64,000 nucleotides of DNA. It comes from Bugula neritina. Its lineage: Eukaryota; Animalia; Bryozoa. The DNA is taken from the NCBI GenBank assembly GCA_964035545.1, contig OZ037770.1:6954729-7018728 (forward strand), in the 5' to 3' direction. Of the stretch, positions 47,101 to 62,100 are shown in pieces. The position numbers and the translations under genes were made by a program. The notes beneath the pieces were generated by a model. The model was not told the DNA's origin, made no database searches, and worked only from the letters and a program-made list of their open reading frames with translations. The number at the start of each line of letters is the position of its first letter. The stretch's first letter is position 1.

Positions 47101-50100
47101 TTTTCAGTAGGTTGCAGTATGTTGCAGTGTATTTCAGTATGTTGCAGTATGTTGCAGTATATTTCAGTATGTTGCAGGATATTACAGTGTGTTGCAGTAG
47201 ATTTCAATGTGTCCCAGTGTGTTTCAGTATGTTACAGTGCATTTCAGTATGTTGCAGTATGTTGCAGTATATTTCAGTATGTTGCAGGATATTACAGTGT
47301 GTTGCAGTAGATTTCAATGTGTTGCAGGGTAATTCAAAATGTTACAGTGTATTTCAGTATCTTACAGTATGTGGCAGTGTATTTCAGTATGTTGCAGTGT
47401 TTTTCAGTATGTTGCAGTATCTTCCAGGATATTTCAGTATGTTGCAGTATATTTCAGTATGTTGCTTATGTTTCAGTATGTTACAGTATGTTTTAGTATT
47501 TTTCAGTATATTTCACTGTCTCACAGTGTATTTCAAAATGTTACAGTGTAATTTAGTATGTTGCAGTATGTTGCAGTATATTTCAGTCTGTTGCAGTATA
47601 ATTCAGTGTGTTGCGGTATGTTTCAATGTGTAGCAAGGTGTTTCAATATGTACAGTGCATTTCATTCTTTTACAGTGTTTTTCAGTAGGTTGCAGTCTTC
47701 TGCAGTATGTCACAGTGTATTTCAGTATGTTACAGTGTATTTCATTATGTTGCAGTATGTTGCAGTATATTTCGGTATGTAGCTTATGTTTCAGTATGTT
47801 ACAGTATGTTTCAGTATTTTGCAGTATATTTCACTGTGTTACACTGTATTTCTATATTTTACAGTGTTTTTCAGTAGGTTGCAGTATGTCGCAGTGTATT
47901 TCAGTATGCCACAGTGTATTTCAGTATGTTGTAGTGTCTTGAATTAAATTTCAATATGTTGCAGTATATTTCAATGTGTTGCAGTATATTCCAGTATATT
48001 ACCGTATCTTTAGTTATTCTGCAGTATATTCCAATGTGTCCCAGTGTGTTTCAGTATGTTACAGTGCATTTAAGTATATTGCAGTATATTGCATTATATT
48101 TCAATATGTTGCAGTATATTTTAATAAGTCGAAGTATATTTCAGAATGTTGCCGATTGTTTCAGTGTGTTGCAGTATATTTCACTGTGTTACAGTGTATT
48201 TCAAAATGTTACAGTGCATTTAAGTACATTGCAGTATGTTGCAGTATATTTCAGTATGTTGCAGGATATTTCAGTGTGTTGCAGTATATTTAAATGTGTT
48301 GCAGGGTAATTCAGTATGTTACAGTGTATTTCAGTATCTTGCAGTATGTTGCAGTGTATTTCAGTATGTTACAGTGTATTTCAGTATGTTGCGTTATCTT
48401 GCAGTATATTTTAGTATATTGCGGTATATTTTAGTATGTTGCTTATGTTTTAGTATATTACAGTATGTTTTAGTGTTTTGCAGTATATTTCACTGTGTTA
48501 CAGTGTATTTCAATATTTCACAGTGTTTTTCAGTGTATTTCAGTATGTTGCAGTATATTTCAATGCGTTGCAGGGTATTTCAATATGTTACAGTGTATTT
48601 CATTCTTTTACAGTGTTTTTCAGTATGTTGCAGTTTTTTGCAGCGTATTTCAGTACGTTGTAGTGTATTTCAGGATGTTGCAGTATCTTGAATTGTATTT
48701 CAATATGTTGCAGTATTTTTCAATGTGTTACAGTATATTTCAGTATATTACCGTAATTTGAGGTATTTTTCAGTATTTTCCAATGTGTTGCAATGTGTTT
48801 CAGTATGTTACAGTGCATTTCAGTATGTTGCAGTATGTTGCAGTATATTTCAGTATGTTGCAGGGTATTTCGATATGTTACAGTGTATTTCAGTATGTTG
48901 CAGTATGTTGCAGTGTATTTCAGTATATTGCAGTGTATTTCAGTATGTTTCAGGATATTTCAGTGTGTTGCAGTATATTTCAATGTGTTGCAGGGTAATT
49001 CAGTATGTTACAGTGTATTTCAGTATGTTGCAGTATGTTGCAGTGTATTTCAGTATGTTACAGTGTATTTCAGTATGTTGCAGTATCTTGAATTGTATTT
49101 CAATATGTTGCAGTATATTTCAATGTGTTGCAGTATATTTCAGTATATTACCGTATATTTAGGTATTTTGCAGTATATTCCAATGTGTTCCTGTGTGTTT
49201 CAGTATGTTACAGTGCATTTCAGTATGTTGCAGTATGTTGCAGTATATTTCGGTATGTTGCAGGATTTTACAGTGTGTTGCAGTAGATTTCAATGTGTTG
49301 CAGGGTAATTCAATATGTTACAGTGTATTTCAGTATCTTACAGTATGTGGCAGTGTATTTCAGTATGTTGCAGTGTTTTTCAGTATGTTGCAGTATCTTC
49401 CAGGATATTTCAGTATGTTGCAGTATATTTCAGTATGTTGCTTATGTTTCAGTATGTTACAGTATGTTTTAGTATTTTTTAGTATATTTCACTGTCTCAC
49501 AGTGTATTTCAAAATGTTACAGTGTAATTTAGTATGTTGCAGTATGTTGCAGTATATTTCAGTCTGTTGCAGTATAATTCAGTGTGTTGCGGTATGTTTC
49601 AATGTGTAGCAAGGTGTTTCAATATGTACAGTGCATTTCAAGTTTTTACAGTGTTTTTTAGTAGGTTGCAGTATGTTGCAGTATATCACAGTGTATTTCA
49701 GTATGTTGCAGTTTCTTGCGTCATATTTCAATATGTTGCAGTATATTTCAATGTGTTGCAGGGTATTTCAATATGTTACAGTGTATTTCATTCTTTTACA
49801 GTGTTTTTCAGTAGGTTGCAGTCTTCTGCAGTATGTCACAGTGTATTTCAGTATGTTACAGTGTATTTCATTATGTTGCAGTATGTTACAGTACATTTTC
49901 GTATATTACACTATACTTCAGCGAGTTGTGGTGTTTCTCGGTATGCTACAGCGTAATTCAGTATGTTGCAGTAATTTTCAATGTGGTACAGTATTTTTTA
50001 GTATAAAACCGTATATTTAGGTATTTCGCAGGATAATCCAATGTGTTGCTGTGTGTTTCAGTATGTTACAGTGCATTCAAGTATGTTTCAGTATGTTGCA

Positions 50101-53100
50101 GTACATTTCAGTATGTTGCAGTGTACTTATGTGTGTTGCAGTATATCCCTGTGTGTTGCAGGTTATTTCATTGTGTTGCAGGGTATTTCGATATGTTACA
50201 GTGTATTTCAGTATGTTGCAGTATGTTGCAGTGTATTTCAGTATGTTGCAGTATCTTGCAGTATATTTCAGTATATTGCAGTGTATTTTGGTATGTTGCT
50301 TATGTTTCAGTATCTTACAGTATGTTTTAATATTTTGCAGTATATTTCACTGTGTTAAAGTGTATTAACATTTTTTAGAGTGCTTTTCAGTAGGTTGCAG
50401 TATGTTGCGGTGTATTTCAGTATGCATCAGTGTGTTTCAGTATGATGCAGTATCTTGAATTATGTTTCAATATGTTGCAGTATATTTCAATTTGTTGCAG
50501 TATATTTCAGTATATTACTGTATATTTAGGTATTTTGCAGTATATTCCAATGTGTTCCAGTGTGTTTCAGTATGTTACAGTGCATTTCAGTATGTTGCAG
50601 TGTGTTGCAGTATATTTCAGTATGTTGCAGGATATTTCAGTGTGTTGCAGTAAATTTCAATGTGTTGCAGGGTAATTCAATATGTTACAGTGTATTTCAG
50701 TATCTTGAATTATGTTGCAGTGTATTTCAGTATGTTGCAGTATATTTCAGTGTGTTACAGTATATTTCAGTGTGTCACAGTATATTTCAGTATGTTACAG
50801 TACATTTCAGTATATTACACCATATCTCAGTGAGTTGCAGTGTATTTCAGTGTGCTAAAGCAAGTTTTCAGTATGTTACAGTGTATTTCAGTATGTTGCA
50901 GTATGTTGCAGCATATTTCAGTGTGTTGCAATATATTTCAATGTGTTGAAGGGTATTTCGATATGTTACAGTGAACTTCAGTATGTTGCAGTATATTTCG
51001 GTGTGTTGCAGCATATTTCAGGGTGTTGCAGTATATTTCAATGTGTTGCAGGGTATTTCAATATGTTACAGTGTATTTCAATATTTTACAGTGTTTTTCA
51101 GTATGTTGCAGTATGTTACAGTACATTTTCGCATATTACACTTTACTTCAGCGAGTTGTGGTGTCTCTTAGTACGCTACAGCGTAATTCAGTATGTTGCA
51201 GTGTTTTTCAATGTGTTACAGTATATTTCAGTATATTACCGTAATTTGAGGTATTTTGCAGTATTTTCCAATGTGTTGCAATGTGTTTCAGTATGTTACA
51301 GTGCATTTCAGTATGTTGCAGTATGTTGCAGTATATTTCAGTATGTTGCAGGGTATTTAGATATGTTACAGTGTATTTCAGTATGTTGCAGTATGTTGCA
51401 GTGTATTTCAGTATGTTGCAGTGTATTTCAGTATGTTGCAGTATCTTGTAGTATATTTCAGTATGTTGCAGTGTGTTTCGGGATGTTGCTTATGTTTCAG
51501 TATGTTACAGTATGTTTTAGTATTTTGCAGTATATTTCACTGTGTTACAGTGTGTTTCAATATTTTACAGTGTTTTTCAGTAGGTTGCAGTATGTTGCAG
51601 TATGTTGCAGTATACTTCAGTATGTTGCAGTATATTTCGGTGTGTTGCAGCATATTTCAGTGTGTTGCAGTATATTTCAATGTGTTGCAGGGTATTTCGA
51701 TATGTTACAGTGAACTTCAGTATGTTGCAGTATCATTCAGTATCTTGCTTATTTTTCAGTGTGTTTTAGTATGTTTAAGTATTTTGCAGTATATTTCACT
51801 GTGTTAAAGTATATTTCGATATTTTACAGTGTTTTTCAGTAGGTTGCAGTATGTTGCAGTGTATTTCAGTATGCAACAGTGTATTTCAGTATGATGCAGT
51901 ATCTTAAATTATGTTTCAATATGTTGCAATATATTTCAATGTGTTGCAGTATATTTCAGTATATTACCGTATATTGAGGTATTTTGCAGTATTTTCCAAT
52001 GTGTTGCAATGTGTTTCAGTATGTTGCAGTGCATTTCAGTATGTTGCAGTATGTTGCAGTATATTTCAGTATGTTGCAGTATATTTCAGTGTGTTGCAGT
52101 ATATTTCAATGTGTTGCAAAGTGTTTCAATATGTACAGTGTATTTTAAGTTTTTACAGTGTTTTTTAGTAGGTTGCAGTATGTTGCAGTATGTAGCAGTG
52201 TTTTTCAGTATGTCACAGTGTATATCAGTATGTTGCAGTTTCTTGCGTTATATTACAATATGTTGCAGTATATTTCAATGTGTTGCAGGGTATTTCAGTA
52301 TGTTGCAGAAGTTTTCAATGTGTTACTGTATATTTCAGTAGTTTACCATATATTTCGGTATCTTGCAGTATATTTCAGTATGTTGCAGTATATTTCGGTA
52401 TGTTGCTTATGTTTCAGTATGTTACAGTATGTTTTAGTATTTTGCAGTATATTTCACTGTGTTACACTGTATTTCTATATTTTATAGTGTTTTTCAGTAG
52501 GTTGCAGTATGTTGCAGTATGTTGCTGTGTATTTCATTATGTCACGGTGTATTTTAGTATGTTGCAGTATCTTGCAATATATTTCAATGTGTTGCAGTAT
52601 ATTTTAATGTGTCGAAGTATATTTCAGTATGTTGCCGATTGTTTGAGTGTGTTGCAGTATATTTCACTGTGTTACAGTGTAATTCAATATGTTGCAGTAT
52701 ATTTCAGTATGTTGCATATGATTCAGTATGTTACAGTATGTTTTAGTATTTTGCAGTATATTTCACTCTGTTACAGTGTATTTCAATATTTTACAGTGTT
52801 TTTCAGTAGGTTGCAGTATGTTGCAGTGTATTTCAGTATGCCACAGTGTATTTCAGTATGTTGCAGTGTCTTGAATTAAATTTCAATATGTTGCAGTATA
52901 TTTCAATGTGTTGCAGTATATTTCAGTATATTACCGTATCTTTAGTTATTCTGCAGTATATTCCAATGTGTCCCAGTGTGTTTCAGTATGTTACAGTGCA
53001 TTTAAGTATATTGCAGTATGTTGCAGTATATTTCGGTATGTTGCAGGATATTTCAGTGTGTTGCAGTATATTTTAATGTGTTGCAGGGTAATTCAGTATG

Positions 53101-56100
53101 TTACAGTGTATTTCAGTATCTTGCAGTATGTTGCAGTGTATTTCAGTATGTTACAGTGTATTTCAGTATGTTGCAGTATCTTGCAGTATATTTTAGTATA
53201 TTGCGGTATATTTTAGTATGTTGCTTATATTTTAGTATATTACAGTATGTTTTAGTGTTTTGCAGTATATTTCACTGTGTTACAGTGTATTTCAATATTT
53301 TACAGTGTTTTTCAGTGTATTTCAGTATGTTGCAGTTTCTTGCGTTATATTTCAATATGTTGCAGTATATTTCAATGCGTTGCAGGGTATTTCAATATGT
53401 TACAGTGTATTTCATTCTTTTACAGTGTTTTTCAGTATGTTGCAGTATTCTGCAGCGTATTTCAGTATGTTGTAGTGTATTTCAGGATGTTGCAGTATCT
53501 TTAATTGTATTTCAATATGTTGCAGTATATTTCAGTATGTTGCTTATGTTTCAGTATGTTACAGTATGTTTTAGTATTTTTCAGTATATTTCACTGTCTC
53601 ACAGTGTATTTCAAAATGTTACAGTGTAATTTAGTATGTTGCAGTATGTTGCAGTATATTTCAGTCTGTTGCAGTATAATTCAGTGTGTTGCGGTATGTT
53701 TCAATGTGTAGCAAGGTGTTTCAATATGTACAGTGCATTTCAAGTTTTTACAGTGTTTTTTAGTAGGTTGCAGTATGTTGCAGTATATCACATTGTATTT
53801 CAGTATGTTGCAGTTTCTTGCGTCATATTTCAATATGTTGCAGTATATTTCAATGTGTTGCAGGGTATTTCAATATGTTACAGTGTATTTCATTCTTTTA
53901 CAGTGTTTTTCAGTAGGTTGCAGTCTTCTGCAGTATGTCACAGTGTATTTCAGTATGTTACAGTGTATTTCATTATGTTGCAGTATGTTGCAGTATATTT
54001 CGGTATGTAGCTTATGTTTCAGTATGTTACAGTATGTTTCAGTGTTTTGCAGTATATTTCACTGTGTTACACTGTATTTCTATATTTTACAGTGTTTTTC
54101 AGTAGGTTGCAGTATGTCGCAGTGTATTTCAGTATGCCACAGTGTATTTCAGTATGTTGTAGTGTCTTGAATTAAATTTCAATATGTTGCAGTATATTTC
54201 AATGTGTTGCAGTATATTCCAGTATATTACCGTATCTTTAGTTATTCTGCAGTATATTCCAATGTGTCCCAGTGTGTTTCAGTATGTTACAGTGCATTTA
54301 GGTATATTGCAGTATATTGCATTATATTTCAATATGTTGCAGTATATTTTAATAAGTCGAAGTATATTTCAGAATGTTGCCGATTGTTTCAGTGTGTTGC
54401 AGTATATTTCACTGTGTTACAGTGTATTTCAAAATGTTACAGTGCATTTAAGTACATTGCAGTATGTTGCAGTATATTTCAGTATGTTGCAGGATATTTC
54501 AGTGTGTTGCAGTATATTTAAATGTGTTGCAGGGTAATTCAGTATGTTACAGTGTATTTCAGTATCTTGCAGTATGTTGCAGTGTATTTCAGTATGTTAC
54601 AGTGTATTTTAGTATGTTGCGTTATCTTGCAGTATATTTTAGTATATTGCGGTATATTTTAGTATGTTGCTTATGTTTTAGTATATTACAGTATGTTTTA
54701 GTGTTTTGCAGTATATTTCACTGTGTTACAGTGTATTTCAATATTTCACAGTGTTTTTCAGTGTATTTCAGTATGTTGCAGTATATTTCAATGTGTTGCA
54801 GGGTATTTCAATATGTTACAGTGTATTTAATTCTTTTACAGTGTTTTTCAGTATGTTGCAGTTTTTTGCAGCGTATTTCAGTACGTTGTAGTGTATTTCA
54901 GGATGTTGCAGTATCTTGAATTGTATTTCAATATGTTGCAGTATTTTTCAATGTGTTACAGTATATTTCAGTATATTACCGTAATTTGAGGTATTTTTCA
55001 GTATTTTCCAATGTGTTGCAATGTGTTTCAGTATGTTACAGTGCATTTCAGTATGTTGCAGTATGTTGCAGTATATTTCAGTATGTTGCAGGGTATTTCG
55101 ATATGTTACAGTGTATTTCAGTATGTTGCAGTATGTTGCAGTGTATTTCGGTATATTGCAGTGTATTTCAGTATGTTTCAGGATATTTCAGTGTGTTGCA
55201 GTATATTTCAATGTGTTGCAGGGTAATTCAGTATGTTACAGTGTATTTCAGTATGTTGCAGTATGTTGCAGTGTATTTCAGTATGTTACAGTGTATTTCA
55301 GTATGTTGCAGTATCTTGAATTGTATTTCAATATGTTGCAGTATATTTCAATGTGTTGCAGTATATTTCAGTATATTACCGTATATTTAGGTATTTTGCA
55401 GTACATTCCAATGTGTTCCTGTGTGTTTCAGTATGTTACAGTGCATTTCAGTATGTTGCAGTATGTTGCAGTATATTTCGGTATGTTGCAGGATTTTACA
55501 GTGTGTTGCAGTAGATTTCAATGTGTTGCAGGGTAATTCAATATGTTACAGTGTATTTCAGTATCTTACAGTATGTGGCAGTGTATTTCAGTATGTTGCA
55601 GTGTTTTTCAGTATGTTGCAGTATCTTCCAGGATATTTCAGTATGTTGCAGTATATTTCAGTATGTTGCTTATGTTTCAGTATGTTACAGTATGTTTTAG
55701 TATTTTTCAGTATATTTCACTGTCTCACAGTGTATTTTAAAATGTTACAGTGTAATTTAGTATGTTGCAGTATGTTGCAGTATATTTCAGTCTGTTGCAG
55801 TATAATTCAGTGTGTTGCGGTATGTTTCAATGTGTAGCAAGGTGTTTCAATATGTACAGTGCATTTCAAGTTTTTACAGTGTTTTTTAGTAGGTTGCAGT
55901 ATGTTGCAGTATATCACAGTGTATTTCAGTATGTTGCAGTTTCTTGCGTCATATTTCAATATGTTGCAGTATATTTCAATGTGTTGCAGGGTATTTCAAT
56001 ATGTTACAGTGTATTTCATTCTTTTACAGTGTTTTTCAGTAGGTTGCAGTCTTCTGCAGTATGTCACAGTGTATTTCAGTATGTTACAGTGTATTTCATT

Positions 56101-59100
56101 ATGTTGCAGTATGTTACAGTACATTTTCGTATATTACACTATACTTCAGCGTGTTGTGGTGTTTCTCGGTATGCTACAGCGTAATTCAGTATGTTGCAGT
56201 AATTTTCAATGTGGTACAGTATTTTTTAGTATAAAACCGTATATTTAGGTATTTCGCAGGATAATCCAATGTGTTGCTGTGTGTTTCAGTATGTTACAGT
56301 GCATTCAAGTATGTTTCAGTATGTTGCAGTACATTTCAGTATGTTGCAGTGTACTTATGTGTGTTGCAGTATATCCCTGTGTGTTGCAGGTTATTTCATT
56401 GTGTTGCAGGGTATTTCGATATGTTACAGTGTATTTCAGTATGTTGCAGTATGTTGCAGTGTATTTCAGTATGTTGCAGTATCTTGCAGTATATTTCAGT
56501 ATATTGCAGTGTATTTTGGTATGTTGCTTATGTTTCAGTATCTTACAGTATGTTTTAATATTTTGCAGTATATTTCACTGTGTTAAAGTGTATTAACATT
56601 TTTTAGAGTGCTTTTCAGTAGGTTGCAGTATGTTGTGGTGTATTTCAGTATGCAACAGTGTGTTTCAGTATGATGCAGTATCTTGAATTATGTTTCAATA
56701 TGTTGCAGTATGTTTCAATTTGTTGCAGTATATTTCAGTATATTACTGTATATTTAGGTATTTTGCAGTATATTCCAATGTGTTCCAGTGTGTTTCAGTA
56801 TGTTACAGTGCATTTCAGTATGTTGCAGTGTGTTGCAGTATATTTCAGTATGTTGCAGGATATTTCAGTGTGTTGCAGTAAATTTCAATGTGTTGCAGGG
56901 TAATTCAATATGTTACAGTGTATTTCATTCTTTTACAGTGTTTTTCAGTAGGTTGCAGTCTTCTGCAGTATGTCACAGTGTATTTCAGTATGTTACAGTG
57001 TATTTCATTATGTTGCAGTATGTTGCAGTATATTTCGGTATGTAGCTTATGTTTCAGTATGTTACAGTATGTTTCAGTATTTTGCAGTATATTTCACTGT
57101 GTTACACTGTATTTCTATATTTTACAGTGTTTTTCAGTAGGTTGCAGTATGTCGCAGTGTATTTCACTATGCCACAGTGTATTTCAGTATGTTGCAGTAT
57201 CTTGCAGTATATTTTAGTATATTGCGGTATATTTTAGTATGTTGCTTATGTTTTAGTATATTACAGTATGTTTTAGTGTTTTGCAGTATATTTCACTGTG
57301 TTACAGTGCATTTCAATATTTTACAGTGTTTTTCAGTGTATTTCAGTATGTTGCAGTTTCTTGCGTTATATTTCAATATGTTGCAGTATATTTCAATGCG
57401 TTGCAGGGTATTTCAATATGTTACAGTGTATTTCATTCTTTTACAGTGTTTTTCAGTATGTTGCAGTATTCTGCAGCGTATTTCAGTATGTTGTAGTGTA
57501 TTTCAGGATGTTGCAGTATCTTGAATTGTATTTCAATATGTTGCAGTATATTTCAGTATGTTGCTTATGTTTCAGTATGTTACAGTATGTTTTAGTATTT
57601 TTCAGTATATTTCACTGTCTCACAGTGTATTTCAAAATGTTACAGTGTAATTTAGTATGTTGCAGTATGTTGCAGTATATTTCAGTCTGTTGCAGTATAA
57701 TTCAGTGTGTTGCGGTATGTTTCAATGTGTAGCAAGGTGTTTCAATATGTACAGTGCATTTCAAGTTTTTACAGTGTTTTTTAGTAGGTTGCAGTATGTT
57801 GCAGTATATCACAGTGTATTTCAGTATGTTGCAGTTTCTTGCGTCATATTTCAATATGTTGCAGTATATTTCAATGTGTTGCAGGGTATTTCAATATGTT
57901 ACAGTGTATTTCATTCTTTTACAGTGTTTTTCAGTAGGTTGCAGTCTTCTGCAGTATGTCACAGTGTATTTCAGTATGTTACAGTGTATTTCATTATGTT
58001 GCAGTATGTTACAGTACATTTTCGTATATTACACTATACTTCAGCGAGTTGTGGTGTTTCTCGGTATGCTACAGCGTAATTCAGTATTTTGCAGTAATTT
58101 TCAATGTGGTACAGTATTTTTCAGTATAAAACCGTATATTTAGGTATTTCGCAGGATAATCCAATGTGTTGCTGTGTGTTTCAGTATGTTACAGTGCATT
58201 CAAGTATGTTTTAGTATGTTGCAGTACATTTCAGTATGTTGCAGTGTACTTATGTGTGTTGCAGTATATCCCTGTGTGTTGCAGGTTATTTCATTGTGTT
58301 GCAGGGTATTTCGATATGTTACAGTGTATTTCAGTATGTCGCAGTATGTTGCAGTGTATTTCAGTATGTTGCAGTATCTTGCAGTATATTTCAGTATATT
58401 GCAGTGTATTTTGGTATGTTGCTTATGTTTCAGTATCTTACAGTATGTTTTATTATTTTGCAGTATATTTCACATTGTTAAAGTGTATTAACATTTTTTA
58501 GAGTGCTTTTCAGTAGGTTGCAGTATGTTGCGGTGTATTTCAGTATGCAACAGTGTGTTTCAGTATGATGCAGTATCTTGAATTATGTTTCAATATGTTG
58601 CAGTATATTTCAATTTGTTGCAGTATATTTCAGTATATTACTGTATATTTAGGTATTTTGCAGTATATTCCAATGTGTTCCAGTGTGTTTCAGTATGTTA
58701 CAGTGCATTTCAGTATGTTGCAGTGTGTTGCAGTATATTTCAGTATGTTGCAGGATATTTCAGTGTGTTGCAGTAAATTTCAATGTGTTGCAGGGTAATT
58801 CAATATGTTACAGTGTATTTCAGTATCTTGAAGTATGTTGCAGTGTATTTCAGTATGTTGCAGTATATTTCAGTGTGTTACAGTATATTTCAGTGTGTCA
58901 CAGTATATTTCAGTATGTTACAGTACATTTCAGTATATTACACTATACTTCAGTGAGTTGCAGTGTATTTCAGTGTGCTAAAGCAAGTTTTCAGTATGTT
59001 ACAGTGTATTTCAGTATGTTGCAGTATGTTGCAGCATATTTCAGTGTGTTGCAGTATATTTCAATGTGTTGAAGGGTATTTCAATATGTTACAGTGAACT

Positions 59101-62100
59101 TCAGTATGTTGCAGTATATTTCGGTGTGTTGCAGCATATTTCAGGGTGTTGCAGTATATTTCAATGTGTTGCAGGGTATTTCACTATGTTACAGTGTATT
59201 TCAATATTTTACAGTGTTTTTCAGTATGTTGCAGTATGTTACAGTACATTTTCGCATATTACACTTTACTTCAGCGAGTTGTGGTGTCTCTTAGTACGCT
59301 ACAGCGTAATTCAGTATGTTGCAGTATTTTTCAATGTGTTACAGTATATTTCAGTATATTACCGTAATTTGAGGTATTTTGCAGTATTTTCCGATGTGTT
59401 GCAATGTGTTTCAGTATGTTACAGTGCATTTCAGTATGTTGCAGTATGTTGCAGTATATTTCAGTATGTTGCAGGGTATTTCGATATGTTACAGTGTATT
59501 TCAGTATGTTGCAGTATGTTGCAGTGTATTTCAGTATGTTGCAGTGTATTTCAGTATGTTGCAGTATCTTGCAGTATATTTCAGTATGTTGCAGTGTGTT
59601 TCGGGATGTTGCTTATGTTTCAGTATGTTACAGTATGTTTTAGTATTTTGCAGTATATTTCACTGTGTTACAGTGTGTTTCAATATTTTACAGTGTTTTT
59701 CAGTAGGTTGCAGTATGTTGCAGTATGTTGCAGTATACTTCAGTATGTTGCAGTATATTTCGGTGTGTTGCAGCATATTTCAGTGTGTTGCAGTATATTT
59801 CAATGTGTTGCAGTATATTTCAGTATATTACCGTATCTTTAGTTATTCTGCAGTATATTCCAATGTGTCCCAGTGTGTTTCAGTATGTTACAGTGCATTT
59901 AAGTATATTGCAGTATATTGCATTATATTTCAATATGTTGCAGTATATTTTAATAAGTCGAAGTATATTTCAGAATGTTGCCGATTGTTTCAGTGTGTTG
60001 CAGTACATTTCACTGTGTTACAGTGTATTTCAAAATGTTACAGTGCATTTAAGTATATTGCAGTATGTTGCAGTATATTTCAGTATGTTGCAGGATATTT
60101 CAGTGTGTTGCAGTATACTTCAATGTGTTGCAGGGTAATTCAGTATGTTACAGTGTATTTCAGTATATTGCAGTATGTTGCAGTGTATTTCAGTATGTTA
60201 CAGTGTATTTCAGTATGTTGCGTTATCTTGCAGTATATTTTAGTATATTGCGGTATATTTTAGTATGTTGCTTATGTTTTAGTATATTACAGTATGTTTT
60301 AGCGTTTTGCAGTATATTTCACTGTGTTACAGTGTATTTCAATATTTTACAGTGTTTTTCAGTGTATTTCAGTATGTTGCAGTTTCTTGCGTTGAATTTC
60401 AATATGTTGCAGTATATTTCAATGCGTTGCAGGGTATTTCAATATGTTACAGTGTATTTCATTCTTTTACAGTGTTTTTCAGTATGTTGCAGTATTTTGC
60501 AGCGTATTTCAGTATGTTGTAGTGTATTTCAGGATGTTGCAGTATCTTGAATTGTATTTCAATATGTTGCAGTATATTTCAATGTGTTGCAGTATATTTC
60601 AGTATATTACCGTATATTTAGGTATTTTGCAGTATATTCCAATGTGTTCCAGTGTGTTTCAGTATGTTACAGTGCATTTCAGTATGTTGCAGTATGTTGC
60701 AGTATATTTCGGTATGTTGCAGGATTTTACAGTGTGTTGCAGTAGATTTCAATGTGTTGCAGGGTAATTCAATATGTTACAGTGTATTTCAGTATCTTAC
60801 AGTATGTGGCAGTGTATTTCAGTATGTTGCAGTGTTTTTCAGTATGTTGCAGTATCTTCCAGGATATTTCAGTATGTTGCAGTATATTTCAGTATGTTGC
60901 TTATGTTTCAGTATGTTACAGTATGTTTTAGTATTTTTCAGTATATTTCACTGTCTCACAGTGTATTTCAAAATGTTACAGTGTAATTTAGTATGTTGCA
61001 GTATGTTGCAGTATATTTCAGTCTGTTGCAGTATAATTCAGTGTGTTGCGGTATGTTTCAATGTGTAGCAAGGTGTTTCAATATGTACAGTGCATTTCAA
61101 GTTTTTACAGTGTTTTTAGTAGGTTGCAGTATGTTGCAGTATATCACAGTGTATTTCAGTATGTTGCAGTTTCTTGCGTCATATTTCAATATGTTGCAGT
61201 ATATTTCAATGTGTTGCAGGGTATTTCAATATGTTACAGTGCATTTCATTCTTTTACAGTGTTTTTCAGTAGGTTGCAGTCTTCTGCAGTATGTCACAGT
61301 GTATTTCAGTATGTTACAGTGTATTTCATTATGTTGCAGTATGTTACAGTACATTTTCGTATATTACACTATACTTCAGCGAGTTGTGGTGTTTCTCGGT
61401 ATGCTACAGCGTAATTCAGTATGTTGCAGTAATTTTCAATGTGGTACAGTATTTTTCAGTATAAAACCGTATATTTAGGTATTTCGCAGGATAATCCAAT
61501 GTGTTGCTGTGTGTTTCAGTATGTTACAGTGCATTCAAGTATGTTTCAGTATGTTGCAGTACATTTCAGTATGTTGCAGTGTACTTATGTGTGTTGCAGT
61601 ATATCCCTGTGTGTTGCAGGTTATTTCATTGTGTTGCAGGGTATTTCGATATGTTACAGTGTATTTCAGTATGTTGCAGTATGTTGCAGTGTATTTCAGT
61701 ATGTTGCGGTATCTTGCAGTTTATTTCAGTATATTGCAGTGTATTTTGGTATGTTGCTTATGTTTCAGTATCTTACAGTATGTTTTAATATTTTGCAGTA
61801 TATTTCACTGTGTTAAAGTGTATTAACATTTTTTAGAGTGCTTTTCAGTAGGTTGCAGTATGTTGCAGTGTATTTCAGTATGCAACAGTGTGTTTCAGTA
61901 TGATGCAGTATCTTGAATTATGTTTCAATATGTTGCAGTATATTTCAATTTGTTGCAGTATATTTCAGTATATTACTGTATACTTTGGTATTTTGCAGTA
62001 TATTCCAATGTGTTCCAGTGTGTTTCAGTATGTTACAGTGCATTTCAGTATGTTGCAGTGTGTTGCAGTATATTTCAGTATGTTGCAGTGTGTTGCAGTA